From IMG/VR virus record IMGVR_UViG_3300016654_000161, positions 1 to 38,006 of that record: a DNA stretch of 38,006 nucleotides, one strand, 5' to 3'. Each line of letters opens with the position of its first letter. The stretch's first letter is position 1. This stretch comes from a virus (lineage: Duplodnaviria; Caudoviricetes). Under the pieces are notes generated by a model. That model worked only from the letters and a program-made list of their open reading frames with translations, was not told the DNA's origin and searched no databases. This document shows, one piece after another, positions 17,274-26,515 of this stretch. The position numbers were made by a program, and so were the translations under genes.

Positions 17274-19154
17274 TTAAGCCGCCTTTTTCTTGCTCAGGCT
17301 GAAGCTCGACAGGTTGCGGAAACCGGCGTCCACGTCTTGGAACACGCGAACGACCAGGCCATCGCTGTCGGCCATCGCGAACGGGTCAGGCTTGAGATCC
17401 AGAGCACCCCACATCGCGATCATGGCTTGCGACCAGTCGCCATAAGCCCAGATGCCCGCCTCGACCTGATTGGACGCCAGCGCCGTAGCGCCGTTGACCT
17501 CGTTGGAGCGCCAGATCTTGGTGCTGTCGGCGCCGTCCGGGTCTTCCTTGGTCTTCTTGGCATAGCCGCGCTCGGAAACGCTGGTGAGATACTTCAGCGC
17601 GCCCACGTCGGCATTGAAGGTCGCGACCTTCGTTTCCATGTCGACCAGGTCGCCAAAGGTGATGCCACTTGCCGCGTACTCGAGAGCTGGCACGCCGGTC
17701 TGATTGAACAGGCCCAGCGGCTGCGAATCGGCACCGGTGCCGTACAGCATCGCCTTGTCGATGGCGACCGCAATGCCGTTGATGAGATCCGAGATGATCA
17801 ACTGCTCGACGCTCATTGCCGCCTGCAGGCGCAGCTTGCGCGACATCGGGATCGCACCGGCGATGGTCTTGGGCTTCAGGTTCAGCGTGGTCAGGTCCAT
17901 TTTGGACAGCGGCACCGAAGCGTTTTCGGCGATCCACGAGAAGTTAGCGCCGGCCACTTTTTTCGGGATATCGACATCACCCTGCAGGCCGCCCAGGATG
18001 CGGGCGCCCAGGGCACCCATCACCATCTTGTTGCGCACCATATCGACGAACTGATCGACGCGCAGGTCGGTGGCAACCAGCTCCGCGCCGGCGCCGGCGA
18101 CATTCATCATGCCGTCGCGCATGGCTCGAGCGGCCAGCAGGTCATGCGGCACGTAAATACCGCGGGCTTTCTTGCCCATGGCGTCCGCAATCGCGATGGA
18201 GACCTCGCGCTCGAGGCCGGCCTCCTTCCAATCGCCGTTGGCCGAAGCGTTCAAGGCGCGAAGCAGCGAATAACTCGCCTGCTCCTTGTTGCTCAGGCCC
18301 AGGCCACGGGCAGAAACGTCGAGCTTGAAGCTCGGCAGGTCGCTGCTGCGCTGGTGCTCGGCCGGCGCCGGGGAGGTAGGCGCCGGATTGATGCCATCGA
18401 GAATTTTGATGCGCACTTGATCGACGCTCCAGCCCTCTGCGAAGGCCTGGCCCATCAGGCCCATTTGATTGTGACGCTGGCAGAGCGCCAGGATGTCAGC
18501 AGAACGCTGGTTCGCAGCGGCCTCGACTGCAGCAGTGTCGGGAGCGCCGGGGTTAGCAGGTACAGGCATTTCAGTTCCTCGAACAGGGATGCTCGGCTCT
18601 TCCAAGCCGGGTAGAGAACGGCCCACCCCGACAGTCGGGTCAGCCGGAATAGAAACGATGGAAACCTCGTAGGGCTCCCACAGGGTGATGCGGTAAAACT
18701 TGGTATCGCCCTCGGTGCGCTCGAGCACGGCGTCTTGCGGGTCATAGCCAACCGAGATGTTTTGGCGGATGCCGTCGACAACGTCGGTCCAGATCTCGTC
18801 GGCGTGCTGCGCCTTGGAGAACCGCACCCGGGCGCGCAATTTGCGGTCATCGTCCAGCCAGGCAGACTCGACAACGCCGATTTGCCCCCAGCGGTCGTGC
18901 ATATCCAGCAGCGGCGCGCCGGAGTTGAGGCGGTCGAGCAGGATCGACTCGGGCGAGTGGTCCAGCACCTCCATGCCGAACCAGCGGCGGACGGGGTACT
19001 CGCTGGAAACAGCTACCTCGACCGTGCGGGCCTCGACATCGAGGGTCGACAGGTCGACCTTCATAGACCGAAGCAATGGCTTGCCTTTCAGCTCGCGCAG
19101 GAAGGCGGGCGCCGCCTCATTCGTCGTCGGCGTCGTCTTTGTCGGTATCGACAT
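17274..19154 (-). CDS. Prohead protease-major capsid protein fusion (HK97 fold)
   Basis: Protease motifs PLLDMHD, ISVGY, EVSIVSIPAD followed by capsid motifs (GAELVATD, WIAEN, LKPKTIAG, GDWSQ); start MSIPTK. Confidence 0.9.
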   Translation of the reverse strand: MSIPTKTTPTTNEAAPAFLRELKGKPLLRSMKVDLSTLDVEARTVEVAVSSEYPVRRWFGMEVLDHSPESILLDRLNSGAPLLDMHDRWGQIGVVESAWLDDDRKLRARVRFSKAQHADEIWTDVVDGIRQNISVGYDPQDAVLERTEGDTKFYRITLWEPYEVSIVSIPADPTVGVGRSLPGLEEPSIPVRGTEMPVPANPGAPDTAAVEAAANQRSADILALCQRHNQMGLMGQAFAEGWSVDQVRIKILDGINPAPTSPAPAEHQRSSDLPSFKLDVSARGLGLSNKEQASYSLLRALNASANGDWKEAGLEREVSIAIADAMGKKARGIYVPHDLLAARAMRDGMMNVAGAGAELVATDLRVDQFVDMVRNKMVMGALGARILGGLQGDVDIPKKVAGANFSWIAENASVPLSKMDLTTLNLKPKTIAGAIPMSRKLRLQAAMSVEQLIISDLINGIAVAIDKAMLYGTGADSQPLGLFNQTGVPALEYAASGITFGDLVDMETKVATFNADVGALKYLTSVSERGYAKKTKEDPDGADSTKIWRSNEVNGATALASNQVEAGIWAYGDWSQAMIAMWGALDLKPDPFAMADSDGLVVRVFQDVDAGFRNLSSFSLSKKKAA

Positions 19155-20658
19155 TTTTGGGATCTTCCGTTTTGACCGGGCCAGAACCTGGCTCGTTGAA
19201 CTTGAGGCCCAGCTCGCGTAGGCGCTCCTCCTCCTCGGCCATTTCGGCAAACACCTCGTCAGGGTCTCGCCCCGTCTGCCGGATGTAGTCGCCTCGGGTC
19301 TTGGTGCGGTTCGCAATCGACTCTGTCGCGGCTTTTGAATCCTTCGACGGGTCTACCCAATCCCACCCTCGAGGCGCCCAGGACAGCTCGCCATATAGGT
19401 GGAAATTGCGCGGCGGGAGGTTGATAACGCCCTTGAGTAGGGCCATGTCGAGCCAGCAGTCGCCGGCCATCTCGAGCAGCTCGGTGATAAGCAACTGCTG
19501 CACGTCGCGATAGAAATCGCGGTCGTCTTGCTCGCCGGAGCGCATGGACGAAAAGCTCACGCCCTCGAGGTCATGCGCGAGCTTGTTGTAATTGGGCCCG
19601 AAGCCCGCAGCGACGCCCCGCAGTCCCGCCTTGATGAAAGGCGCGAAATTCGTCGCGGGGTGCGTGTTGTTGTAGGGCTTCCACGTAACGCCGTAGGGGA
19701 GCAGCTTGCTACTACCCGCCTCGACTACTTCGTCGATCTCGCCCGGGTCTTCGCCCTCCTCGGGCTCCTCGATGAATTCGGCGTTTTGCTCGTAGACGCC
19801 GGTGATCTTGGCGCCACGCTCAGCCGCCACCATTTCCGAGTTGCGGTATTCGCCCAGGTGATGCAGATCGAGCGCCGAGGCGTGCGTCCATGTGAACCCT
19901 CGAGACTGGTGCGGCCGCCACGGGTCGAAGCTATGCCGGCACTCGCTGACAGGGATTCGCTCGTATTTTTCCTCGGCCGGCACCTGATAGGTATCGCCCG
20001 GGTGCGCCTTGAGCAGCCAATAAGCGACAGGCGCCTCCCAGGCATCGCGCTCCACGCCCATGCGGATGCGGTTGCCGTTGCTCAACTCTTGGTTGAGCGT
20101 CACGTCCAGGCGATCAACCTCGAGGATTTGCAGCGCGAAGCCCCAGCGATTCGGGTAGTTGCGCACAATCCGCACCATCACCTCACCATCCCGGGCCAGC
20201 GTCTCCAGCCACAAGCGCTGGAACTGCCAGAACGAATAGGTGCGGGTCACATCGCAGTTGCCGCGCTTGCACCACTTCCACCACTCCAGCTCGATCAGCT
20301 TGCGCGTGACTCGATCCGGCTTGCCGTCAGCGGCAACCGCCTTCGACATCAGTTGCACGCCCTGGGAGCCGACAACGTTCTGCTTGAGCAGGCGATAGAA
20401 CCGCTTTGCATAGCCGTTGTTGATCGACTGCTCGCGAGCCCGGGCCAGCAGCGCCAAGTGGTCCGCGTAAATCTGCTGATTGGCGTCCCCGTAGGCCGTC
20501 CGCTTCGTCCAGCTCGAGGTTAGGCGCGTATGCCTGGCCATCTGGAACGAACGCTCGCGAGAGGCACTCGCCGCCGGCGCGATGCCGAGGCTCGGCTCTT
20601 GGCGGGCCGCCCGCTCCGGCCTGACCCGCCAGCGCAGCAGGTTGCTAAACATGCCCAT
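19117..20658 (-). CDS. Portal protein (lambda gpB family)
   Basis: ARAREQSINNGYA, RDGEV, QSRGF, GVSFSSMR, WDWVDPSKD. Confidence 0.93.
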   Translation of the reverse strand: MGMFSNLLRWRVRPERAARQEPSLGIAPAASASRERSFQMARHTRLTSSWTKRTAYGDANQQIYADHLALLARAREQSINNGYAKRFYRLLKQNVVGSQGVQLMSKAVAADGKPDRVTRKLIELEWWKWCKRGNCDVTRTYSFWQFQRLWLETLARDGEVMVRIVRNYPNRWGFALQILEVDRLDVTLNQELSNGNRIRMGVERDAWEAPVAYWLLKAHPGDTYQVPAEEKYERIPVSECRHSFDPWRPHQSRGFTWTHASALDLHHLGEYRNSEMVAAERGAKITGVYEQNAEFIEEPEEGEDPGEIDEVVEAGSSKLLPYGVTWKPYNNTHPATNFAPFIKAGLRGVAAGFGPNYNKLAHDLEGVSFSSMRSGEQDDRDFYRDVQQLLITELLEMAGDCWLDMALLKGVINLPPRNFHLYGELSWAPRGWDWVDPSKDSKAATESIANRTKTRGDYIRQTGRDPDEVFAEMAEEEERLRELGLKFNEPGSGPVKTEDPKNVDTDKDDADDE

Positions 20659-20661
20659 GGG

Positions 20662-21174
20662 CTACATCCTCGAGGCGATGAAACGCCCGAAAGGCGAGCC
20701 CTTGCGCTTTGCGCTGGCCACCTCACGGCGGTAGCGCGTTCGCAAAGCCTCGAGGCGCTCGATAGGGATTCGATCAAGGCGCATGCCATCGATCTCGTAG
20801 CTCTGCTGATCCTTCGGGATTCGCTTTTCGAGCGCCGCCTCGATCAGATCAAGCATCCGGCGGGCGTGGCTTCGACCATCGAACTCGGTAGCCTGCTGCA
20901 GATCCGGCAGCACCGTCAGAGAGCCGCTGGCCAGGGTCAAACGTTCATCGCCGCGCTCGGCGTAGCAGGCCCAGCGATAGACCCCGGCCGGCAGGTCACG
21001 GGTGGCACTTGCCCCCACCGTGAACAGGTACGGTTCGCCGTCGGTGCTGGCCACATCAAGCGAGCCAGGCCCGCGCAACGAATATTTCAGCGACCAGCCG
21101 GCCGACGATGGATAGGTGCGCGCATCCCGCGCCCAGGTGACAGAGTCACCAGCGTGCAGTTGGGTGGGTTCCAT
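20662..21174 (-). CDS. Head completion/adaptor protein (gpW-like C-terminus)
   Basis: Between terL and portal; QSYEIDGMRLDRIPIERLEALR. Confidence 0.7.
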   Translation of the reverse strand: MEPTQLHAGDSVTWARDARTYPSSAGWSLKYSLRGPGSLDVASTDGEPYLFTVGASATRDLPAGVYRWACYAERGDERLTLASGSLTVLPDLQQATEFDGRSHARRMLDLIEAALEKRIPKDQQSYEIDGMRLDRIPIERLEALRTRYRREVASAKRKGSPFGRFIASRM

Positions 21175-21176
21175 GG

Positions 21177-23147
21177 TTACTTCCGATTGATCTTGAAGCG
21201 GCCCCGGCGGGCCGGCTTAGCCGCAGGGGGCGGCGGGGTCGTGGGTTGCGGCTCGTGTGGCTCGAGGTCAGCCGTTTCTGGCTCCTCCTCCACCTCGAAG
21301 GCCTGGCCCGCATGCTTGCGGATGGCCTCCTTTAGCTGCGCCTTGGTCAGGATTCCAGTTTTACGGCGGTGCAGCTTTTCGCGCAGCGCCAGGATGTATT
21401 GCATGCCCTCGCAGTCGAGATAGTGGTTTTCCCCCACCTTCACGAAAGCACCAGTCTCCTCGCGCCACTCCTCGCCTACGATTTGCTTGCAGTAGTCGTC
21501 GCTTACCTGCTGGTGCAACAGCCACCAGCCCGGGCGGTTATCCGGCACGCCAAAGCGGCTATGCACCCAGCGCTTTGCGAGGGTCGCATCGAAGGCCCAG
21601 CGGCTGTCGCCGCGCTTGCGCACCTTGCCGTGCTTGTTCTGCTCGACGTTCTCCTTTCGGAATGGCATCGGCAACGTTTCACGGCCCCGCATAGCCAGCG
21701 CTCGGCCGGGGTGCTGGTGAATGAACGTGTAAACGGCATCGTCTCGGTAGCCGATGTCGATACCCATACGCGTAATCTGGTAGCCGTCGAAATCACGGTC
21801 CAGCAATTCGCCCAGGTCATCCCACACCTGCGCCTGCTCCGTATCCCCCCACAGAGCCCCATGCTCCAAGAGCGTAGAGCCCATGGCCGGATACCAGGCA
21901 CGCACCACGTAGTAAAGGCAGCGCTTCTGCACGTCCACCGTGCAGAAGATCCGCGCCGGAGGCAGCAATACCCTGCCCTCGGGGTAACCGTATCGGGCAC
22001 CCTTCACGACCTCCCAGGTAGGAACATCGCCGGACTCGGCATAGCACTCGCCGAACCCAGTGTTATAGACGCCCTGCAGCGTGGCGGTATCGCCGCTGCG
22101 CATCGCGCTAAGCAGCTTTTTGGCAAGGAAGCCATACGACTTTTTCGCCGCGAAGCTGCACAAGCCAGAGATCCAGATTGAGTAGTGGGTGAATCCCTCA
22201 GTGTCAGCCGTACCGGACAGCTCAGGCTGACCATCCGGGCCAGTCTTCAAGCTCTCCCCCGGGGCAACGGCCCGGCCGCGCTTATTCATCCAGGGGCGCC
22301 ACTTGTCCTCGATCATGCACCCGCTGCCAGGGCAGCTCAGGCGGGCGTGCTGCTCGGCCTCGTCCGGGGTGCACTCCTCGGCTTCGTCCTTTCCCGGCCA
22401 CCAGAGCAAGCCGCTCCAGGGGATGAAATATTTGCCGCAGTGGGGGCACGGGACCGCCCACTCGTGACGGGTACCCGACTGCCAGAGGCGCCAGATCTTC
22501 GAGCTGATCGCCTCCGGCTTCGCCACTTCCCAGTGCGCCAGGCCCGAGCGCGCATCGACGCTCTTGGATACCTTCCCGCGCAACGGCGTCGCGGTATAGC
22601 CGATCTTTGAATCGACGTAGGCATCGCCTCGAGCCTCGATAATCTCGAGGGTGTCACCTTCCCGGGTATTGACGATCCGGTCTACTTCGTCGACCAGCAC
22701 CAGGCCCGCCGAGTCCGCGGCCAATTCGGTCGGCGAGCCCGCCCAGGCAAACCGCAGCTTTGCCGCACCGATCCACTTCACGAAAGTCGATGAGGCCGCC
22801 TCACGATATTTGCCGAGGAGCGACTCGCAGCCGCGAATCATGTCCATAAACTTCGGTACGACCGTGCTTTTCAGCAACGGCGCGGTCGGCGCGACATACA
22901 TGATCGGCGTGGGGTCTTCGTCCAGGCGGTGACCGCAGACGTTTTCCATCGTGACCGATTTGCCCATCTGCGTTCCCATGACAAACGTCACGCGGGAAAA
23001 GCAAGGTTGCGCAAACGCCCAGGCAACCGGGCGCATGTAAGGGTTTGCATCGGGGTTGAACGGGCCGGGGATTGGAGCTGTTTCGGGCATGACTCGCTTA
23101 TCGCGAGCCCACTCGTCAGCCGTCCTCCTCGGCGGCGCTTCCACCAT
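21177..23147 (-). CDS. terL: Terminase large subunit (lambda gpA family); start uncertain
   Basis: GTQMGKS Walker A, VLVDEVD Walker B, VPCPHCG, TVDVQ, NHYLDC. Confidence 0.93.
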   Translation of the reverse strand: MVEAPPRRTADEWARDKRVMPETAPIPGPFNPDANPYMRPVAWAFAQPCFSRVTFVMGTQMGKSVTMENVCGHRLDEDPTPIMYVAPTAPLLKSTVVPKFMDMIRGCESLLGKYREAASSTFVKWIGAAKLRFAWAGSPTELAADSAGLVLVDEVDRIVNTREGDTLEIIEARGDAYVDSKIGYTATPLRGKVSKSVDARSGLAHWEVAKPEAISSKIWRLWQSGTRHEWAVPCPHCGKYFIPWSGLLWWPGKDEAEECTPDEAEQHARLSCPGSGCMIEDKWRPWMNKRGRAVAPGESLKTGPDGQPELSGTADTEGFTHYSIWISGLCSFAAKKSYGFLAKKLLSAMRSGDTATLQGVYNTGFGECYAESGDVPTWEVVKGARYGYPEGRVLLPPARIFCTVDVQKRCLYYVVRAWYPAMGSTLLEHGALWGDTEQAQVWDDLGELLDRDFDGYQITRMGIDIGYRDDAVYTFIHQHPGRALAMRGRETLPMPFRKENVEQNKHGKVRKRGDSRWAFDATLAKRWVHSRFGVPDNRPGWWLLHQQVSDDYCKQIVGEEWREETGAFVKVGENHYLDCEGMQYILALREKLHRRKTGILTKAQLKEAIRKHAGQAFEVEEEPETADLEPHEPQPTTPPPPAAKPARRGRFKINRK

Positions 23148-23688
23148 CGTCGACAGCGTCGAGATTGAGAGAGCCAACCTGAGCAACGAGCTCCCGTGAT
23201 CGACGTTCGAGGCGGTCGGCAGTAGCTGCTCGGATACGCCGCATCTCATCAAAAAGTCGCGCTCTGATTTCGGCAGGGTCATCGATTACCGCCAAATCAC
23301 TCGCGAGCCGACTAGCGACAGCGTCGAGCTGCGTCGCAAACACCGCCGCGATGGTACTTAGGAAAAAGACAACGCCGTCGACCGGCACCAGGCGGTGGCG
23401 GGCGGCGTCGATCTCGATTTGCAGTTTTTCGCGGCGAGCGCGCTTGAGCAGACGGTCCTCTGACTTGGAGCCGCCACCGGCGCCGTCCTCGTCATCGTCA
23501 TCGCCTACCACGCTGCGAAGGGCCTGGGCGATCATCCAGTCGATAGCCTGCTGACTGTCGATTTGCAGGGGGTTGCCCTTGCCGCCACCACCCGCCACGG
23601 GCAGCCCGTCATCGATCAGCTTGCTGACCCAGCGCTCAGATTTTCCGATCAGGTCGGCCAGTTCTTTCCGGCTGATTGTCTTGCCCAT
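23116..23688 (-). CDS. terS: Terminase small subunit (Nu1-like)
   Basis: N-terminal wHTH SRKELADLIGKSERWV...GLPV; overlaps terL. Confidence 0.85.
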   Translation of the reverse strand: MGKTISRKELADLIGKSERWVSKLIDDGLPVAGGGGKGNPLQIDSQQAIDWMIAQALRSVVGDDDDEDGAGGGSKSEDRLLKRARREKLQIEIDAARHRLVPVDGVVFFLSTIAAVFATQLDAVASRLASDLAVIDDPAEIRARLFDEMRRIRAATADRLERRSRELVAQVGSLNLDAVDDGGSAAEEDG

Positions 23689-23708
23689 GGAGAAAGGACC
23701 TTGACGGT

Positions 23709-23770
23709 TAAACGCATAAACGTAAAAACGCATTTAGTCCTTTGCGTTTTTACGTTTTTGCGCTTTTGCG
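23709..23770. repeat. Octamer array B (inverted arms) upstream of terS
   Basis: taaacg cataaacg taaaaacg ca ... ctttgcg tttttacg tttttgcg cttttgcg. Confidence 0.8.
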
Positions 23771-23865
23771 GGAATACGCAAAGCCGCGCCGCGCCTGGCC
23801 TCACGGTCAGGTGGGTCGCTGGGCGGCGGGCTTCAGGTATTGAAGAAAGGACCCGAAAAAATCAC

Positions 23866-24084
23866 TCAGATCCGTGCGAGCGCGGCGGTGTTTCGCCCCG
23901 TGAGAGGCCCACCCCCGGGGGAGGACCCAAAAGGATGCGATGCACCATTTCGGTGCGAGACGACAACGGGCAGGCCGCTTTCGTCCTCCAGCACACCCCG
24001 CGCCATCGCCTCGAGAAGGCTTTCATGCTCCTCGGGCTGCACGTCGTCAAAGAACACGACGTGTACCACCTGCGCCTGACTCAA
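23866..24084 (-). CDS. Hypothetical 72-aa protein whose 3' end spans the candidate cos
   Basis: ATGA overlap with upstream gene; acidic N-terminal part. Confidence 0.5.
   Translation of the reverse strand: MSQAQVVHVVFFDDVQPEEHESLLEAMARGVLEDESGLPVVVSHRNGASHPFGSSPGGGPLTGRNTAALARI
23880..23928 (-). other. Candidate cos site (cosQ + cosN)
   Basis: Minus strand GGGTCCT (lambda cosQ sequence), 23 nt ending ACG, then GGGCG, matching lambda spacing; upstream of terS. Confidence 0.7.
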
Positions 24085-24719
24085 TCAGATGCCCCCGCAT
24101 TCATTGAGGCAGGCGCAGGGCGGAACTCGGCAATGCGATCAGCCAGCGCCCTCGAGTAACGCATCATGGCGCTGGACTGCTCTTTCAACAGTTTTGCCTG
24201 ATTGCCTGGCAGGGCTTCGGCGGCCTTGGTGCCGAGGAACTTGCAGAGCTTCCCGATCTTGTCGTCGAGCTCTGCCAGTTCCTGAATTACCCGAACCTCG
24301 TGCGGCGCATAGCCCGCCAGATCCGGCGCAACCAAATCAGCCGGCTTGAGAATGGCCCGGATCTGCTGCAGCGCAGCGGTTGCCGTGCCTTGACGGACCT
24401 CGTACAGCGCCTGGGCCAGGCGATAACCCTCGTTGTGCCAGATGGCATCGCGAGCCAGGTCGCGGGCCTTGCTGATTGCACGCTCGATGCCCAGGGCGAC
24501 ATTGAAGTTCGCCGGATCAGCGCAGCCCGCTTGACCGGTGGCCAAAACGAACCCGCTCGGCAGAATTGCGACGGCCTGCGTTACAGTAGTGCCCTTGATC
24601 ACGCGGGCCTCATAGGTCACGGTGGCGAGGATCTCCTCGACCATGGCCAACGTCACTCGCGGGCCAGGCAGCCCCAGGCTGCCGACAATCGCGTCGAATT
24701 GCTGATCGGTGTTATTCAC
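24081..24719 (-). CDS. Two-domain protein: N4 gp49/Sf6 gp66-like plus crAss001_48-like helical domain; candidate anti-defence sponge
   Basis: PRVT...SGFVLATGQAGCADPANFNVALG...AIWHNEGYRL; then PHEVRVIQELAELDDKIGKL...QSSAMMRYSRALADRI; GTG start with GGGAG. Confidence 0.75.
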   Translation of the reverse strand: MNNTDQQFDAIVGSLGLPGPRVTLAMVEEILATVTYEARVIKGTTVTQAVAILPSGFVLATGQAGCADPANFNVALGIERAISKARDLARDAIWHNEGYRLAQALYEVRQGTATAALQQIRAILKPADLVAPDLAGYAPHEVRVIQELAELDDKIGKLCKFLGTKAAEALPGNQAKLLKEQSSAMMRYSRALADRIAEFRPAPASMNAGASD

Positions 24720-25233
24720 TGGTGGCGCTCCCCGGCTTCGCGTTGATGGTGTTTTGAGTGTCACGCACCCATTTCTGCAGGCTCATCAGTTGGTTACGGA
24801 CGGCGTTGCAGGTTGTGTAGTTGTCGACGACGACGGCAGTGACTGCAGAGAGCGCAATTCCGCTGCCGGCTGCATCAGCAGCTCCGGCGGGTCCGGGAAG
24901 GACGCTTGCGGCGGCGGCGTCGTGCAGCCGTACAAAGCCGCGAGGAACAGCACAGGCAGCATCAGCTTGAGCCGAGACATAGACGGGAACCTCTTTGGTG
25001 ATGGTTGCGCCGGTCTTGTAGATCACCCGGTCGCGGTCAACGTATTGCGTGACTACAACGTCGCGCACGGTGCCGGTGGCCTGGCCCTGCTCGAAAGCCT
25101 TCGACAGGCGCGCATTGTCGACCTCGAGCGCCTTCTGCTTCGCGCTGGCGCCGCCGAAATGGAAGCCAGCAGAAAACACGAGAATCAGGCCGAGGATGCA
25201 CAGGCCAGGGATGCCAAACTTTGCGGAACTCAT
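24712..25233 (-). CDS. Inner-membrane spanin (Rz-like)
   Basis: N-terminal TM helix; VVTQYVDR, TITKEVPVYV, GFVRLHDAAA. Confidence 0.85.
   Translation of the reverse strand: MSSAKFGIPGLCILGLILVFSAGFHFGGASAKQKALEVDNARLSKAFEQGQATGTVRDVVVTQYVDRDRVIYKTGATITKEVPVYVSAQADAACAVPRGFVRLHDAAAASVLPGPAGAADAAGSGIALSAVTAVVVDNYTTCNAVRNQLMSLQKWVRDTQNTINAKPGSATSE
24786..24980 (-). CDS. Outer-membrane spanin lipoprotein (Rz1-like), nested in Rz
   Basis: Signal peptide plus lipobox LYGC; Pro-rich FPDPPELLMQP; alternate frame within Rz. Confidence 0.82.
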   Translation of the reverse strand: MSRLKLMLPVLFLAALYGCTTPPPQASFPDPPELLMQPAAELRSLQSLPSSSTTTQPATPSVTN

Positions 25234-25781
25234 TCGATGCCCTCGAGGCATAGATCGCGCTGCAGCATTCGCCGCTTCACGATCCCGAAACAGTGATTTG
25301 CCAGGTCGCGGCAGTCGCGCCCAGCAACGAACACCCAGCGCATGAACGCCTGCGCGGCCGCCTTGTAATGGCCCGCCTTTGCCTCAGAGATCATCGTCGA
25401 GCGCGCTACGGCCGATTGACCGGCGTTAAAGGCCATGTCGGCCAGCGAGACCTTGCACAGCAGCGGCGCCTTGGGGACCGTGGACAGCACCCAGTCGACG
25501 ACCGAGATCAGATCGCCGTGCAGGTAGGCCGCGCACTGCTCCGGCGTCGCTACGTCACCCTTGCGGATGCCGCCTGTATGGCCGGTGCAGATCGTGTAGA
25601 CGCCGCCGGTATCGGGGTACGCCTTGAGGTGCGTTCCCTCGAGCTCCGGCGTCATGACCATCAGCGCAGCGATAATGGCGGCCCGCTCGACCGGCACCGG
25701 CAGGCCGGTCTCGTTGACGGTAAAGCCAGCGGCGGCGAGCGTGAACGTTGCGGCAGCGACAATGCGCTGCAGCAGCGTCAA
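25230..25781 (-). CDS. Endolysin, GH24 lysozyme, possibly SAR-type
   Basis: E-x8-D-x5-T triad (EGTHLKAYPDTGGVYT); weakly hydrophobic N-terminus. Confidence 0.9.
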   Translation of the reverse strand: MTLLQRIVAAATFTLAAAGFTVNETGLPVPVERAAIIAALMVMTPELEGTHLKAYPDTGGVYTICTGHTGGIRKGDVATPEQCAAYLHGDLISVVDWVLSTVPKAPLLCKVSLADMAFNAGQSAVARSTMISEAKAGHYKAAAQAFMRWVFVAGRDCRDLANHCFGIVKRRMLQRDLCLEGIE

Positions 25782-26014
25782 GGCGCACTCCCCTCAGCCG
25801 CTTTGCGCTCGCTGCGAACAAGCCTTACCAGCGGGATCAGCCAGCGGCGCACAACGAGGTCAACGAGCAGCCCCATGGCGTACAGACAGCCAAACAGCAA
25901 CGTCCATTGCTGCAGCGTCAGCCCGTAGACAATGAGCGTCCCAGCAAACGGCGCAGCCTTGGCCGCCTCGACCTTTGCGATTTCGGCCAAGGTGGCCATA
26001 GGGCTTGCATCCAT
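25778..26014 (-). CDS. Holin
   Basis: YGLTLQQWTLLFGCLY hydrophobic segment, basic C-terminus, upstream of endolysin, GGAG RBS. Confidence 0.78.
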   Translation of the reverse strand: MDASPMATLAEIAKVEAAKAAPFAGTLIVYGLTLQQWTLLFGCLYAMGLLVDLVVRRWLIPLVRLVRSERKAAEGSAP

Positions 26015-26035
26015 TCGGCGCACTCCAGAAACGAC

Positions 26036-26059
26036 AAAGCCCCGCACAGTGGCGAGGCT
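26036..26059 (-). terminator. Second leader terminator of late operon
   Basis: AGCCTCGC/GCGGGGCT stem followed by TTGTCGTTT. Confidence 0.65.
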
Positions 26060-26122
26060 CAGAGATGGTTGCCGGACACGTCCGGCGGCGGTGGCGCTAC
26101 GCGCCCTGTCGTCCAGAAACGC

Positions 26123-26146
26123 AAAAGCCCGCAACGAGGCGGGCTT
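26123..26146 (-). terminator. First leader terminator of late operon (tR'-like)
   Basis: AAGCCCGC/GCGGGCTT stem followed by TTGCGTTT. Confidence 0.72.
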
Positions 26147-26170
26147 ATTGGGTTTTGTGACAGCGTGGAT

Positions 26171-26199
26171 ATAATGGCTTTTTATTCTAACTTTTGCAA
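26171..26199 (-). promoter_or_regulatory. Late promoter (pR'-like)
   Basis: TTGCAA-17bp-CATTAT with AT-rich upstream region, ahead of two terminators and the holin. Confidence 0.7.
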
Positions 26200-26241
26200 G
26201 CTTTTTGAATTTAAAAGTTAAATTTGATCATTTTTTAGCCA

Positions 26242-26514
26242 TTAAAAACCTTTCGGCGCTGGCAGCGTCTCACGCTTCCTAGCCCACTCCTCGACGGAGA
26301 CCTTTGCAGGTGCACGGCGGTTCCACAGCTCAGCCACATCGTTTATTGCATCTGCCTCCGACTCGCTGCAGAACTCAGGACTAACGTCGACCTGGCACTC
26401 CTCGCAAACCACAGAGGCCACCCAAGTGCGCGCATCAGGCTGATCGACATTCTCAATCGAAACATTGGCAGAGCCGCAGAACGGGCAATGCTTCAGCGAA
26501 ACACCCATAACCAT
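26242..26514 (-). CDS. Lar-family restriction-alleviation-like zinc-ribbon protein
   Basis: LKHCPFCGS...VVCEEC...AELWNRR. Confidence 0.8.
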   Translation of the reverse strand: MVMGVSLKHCPFCGSANVSIENVDQPDARTWVASVVCEECQVDVSPEFCSESEADAINDVAELWNRRAPAKVSVEEWARKRETLPAPKGF

Positions 26515-26515
26515 C

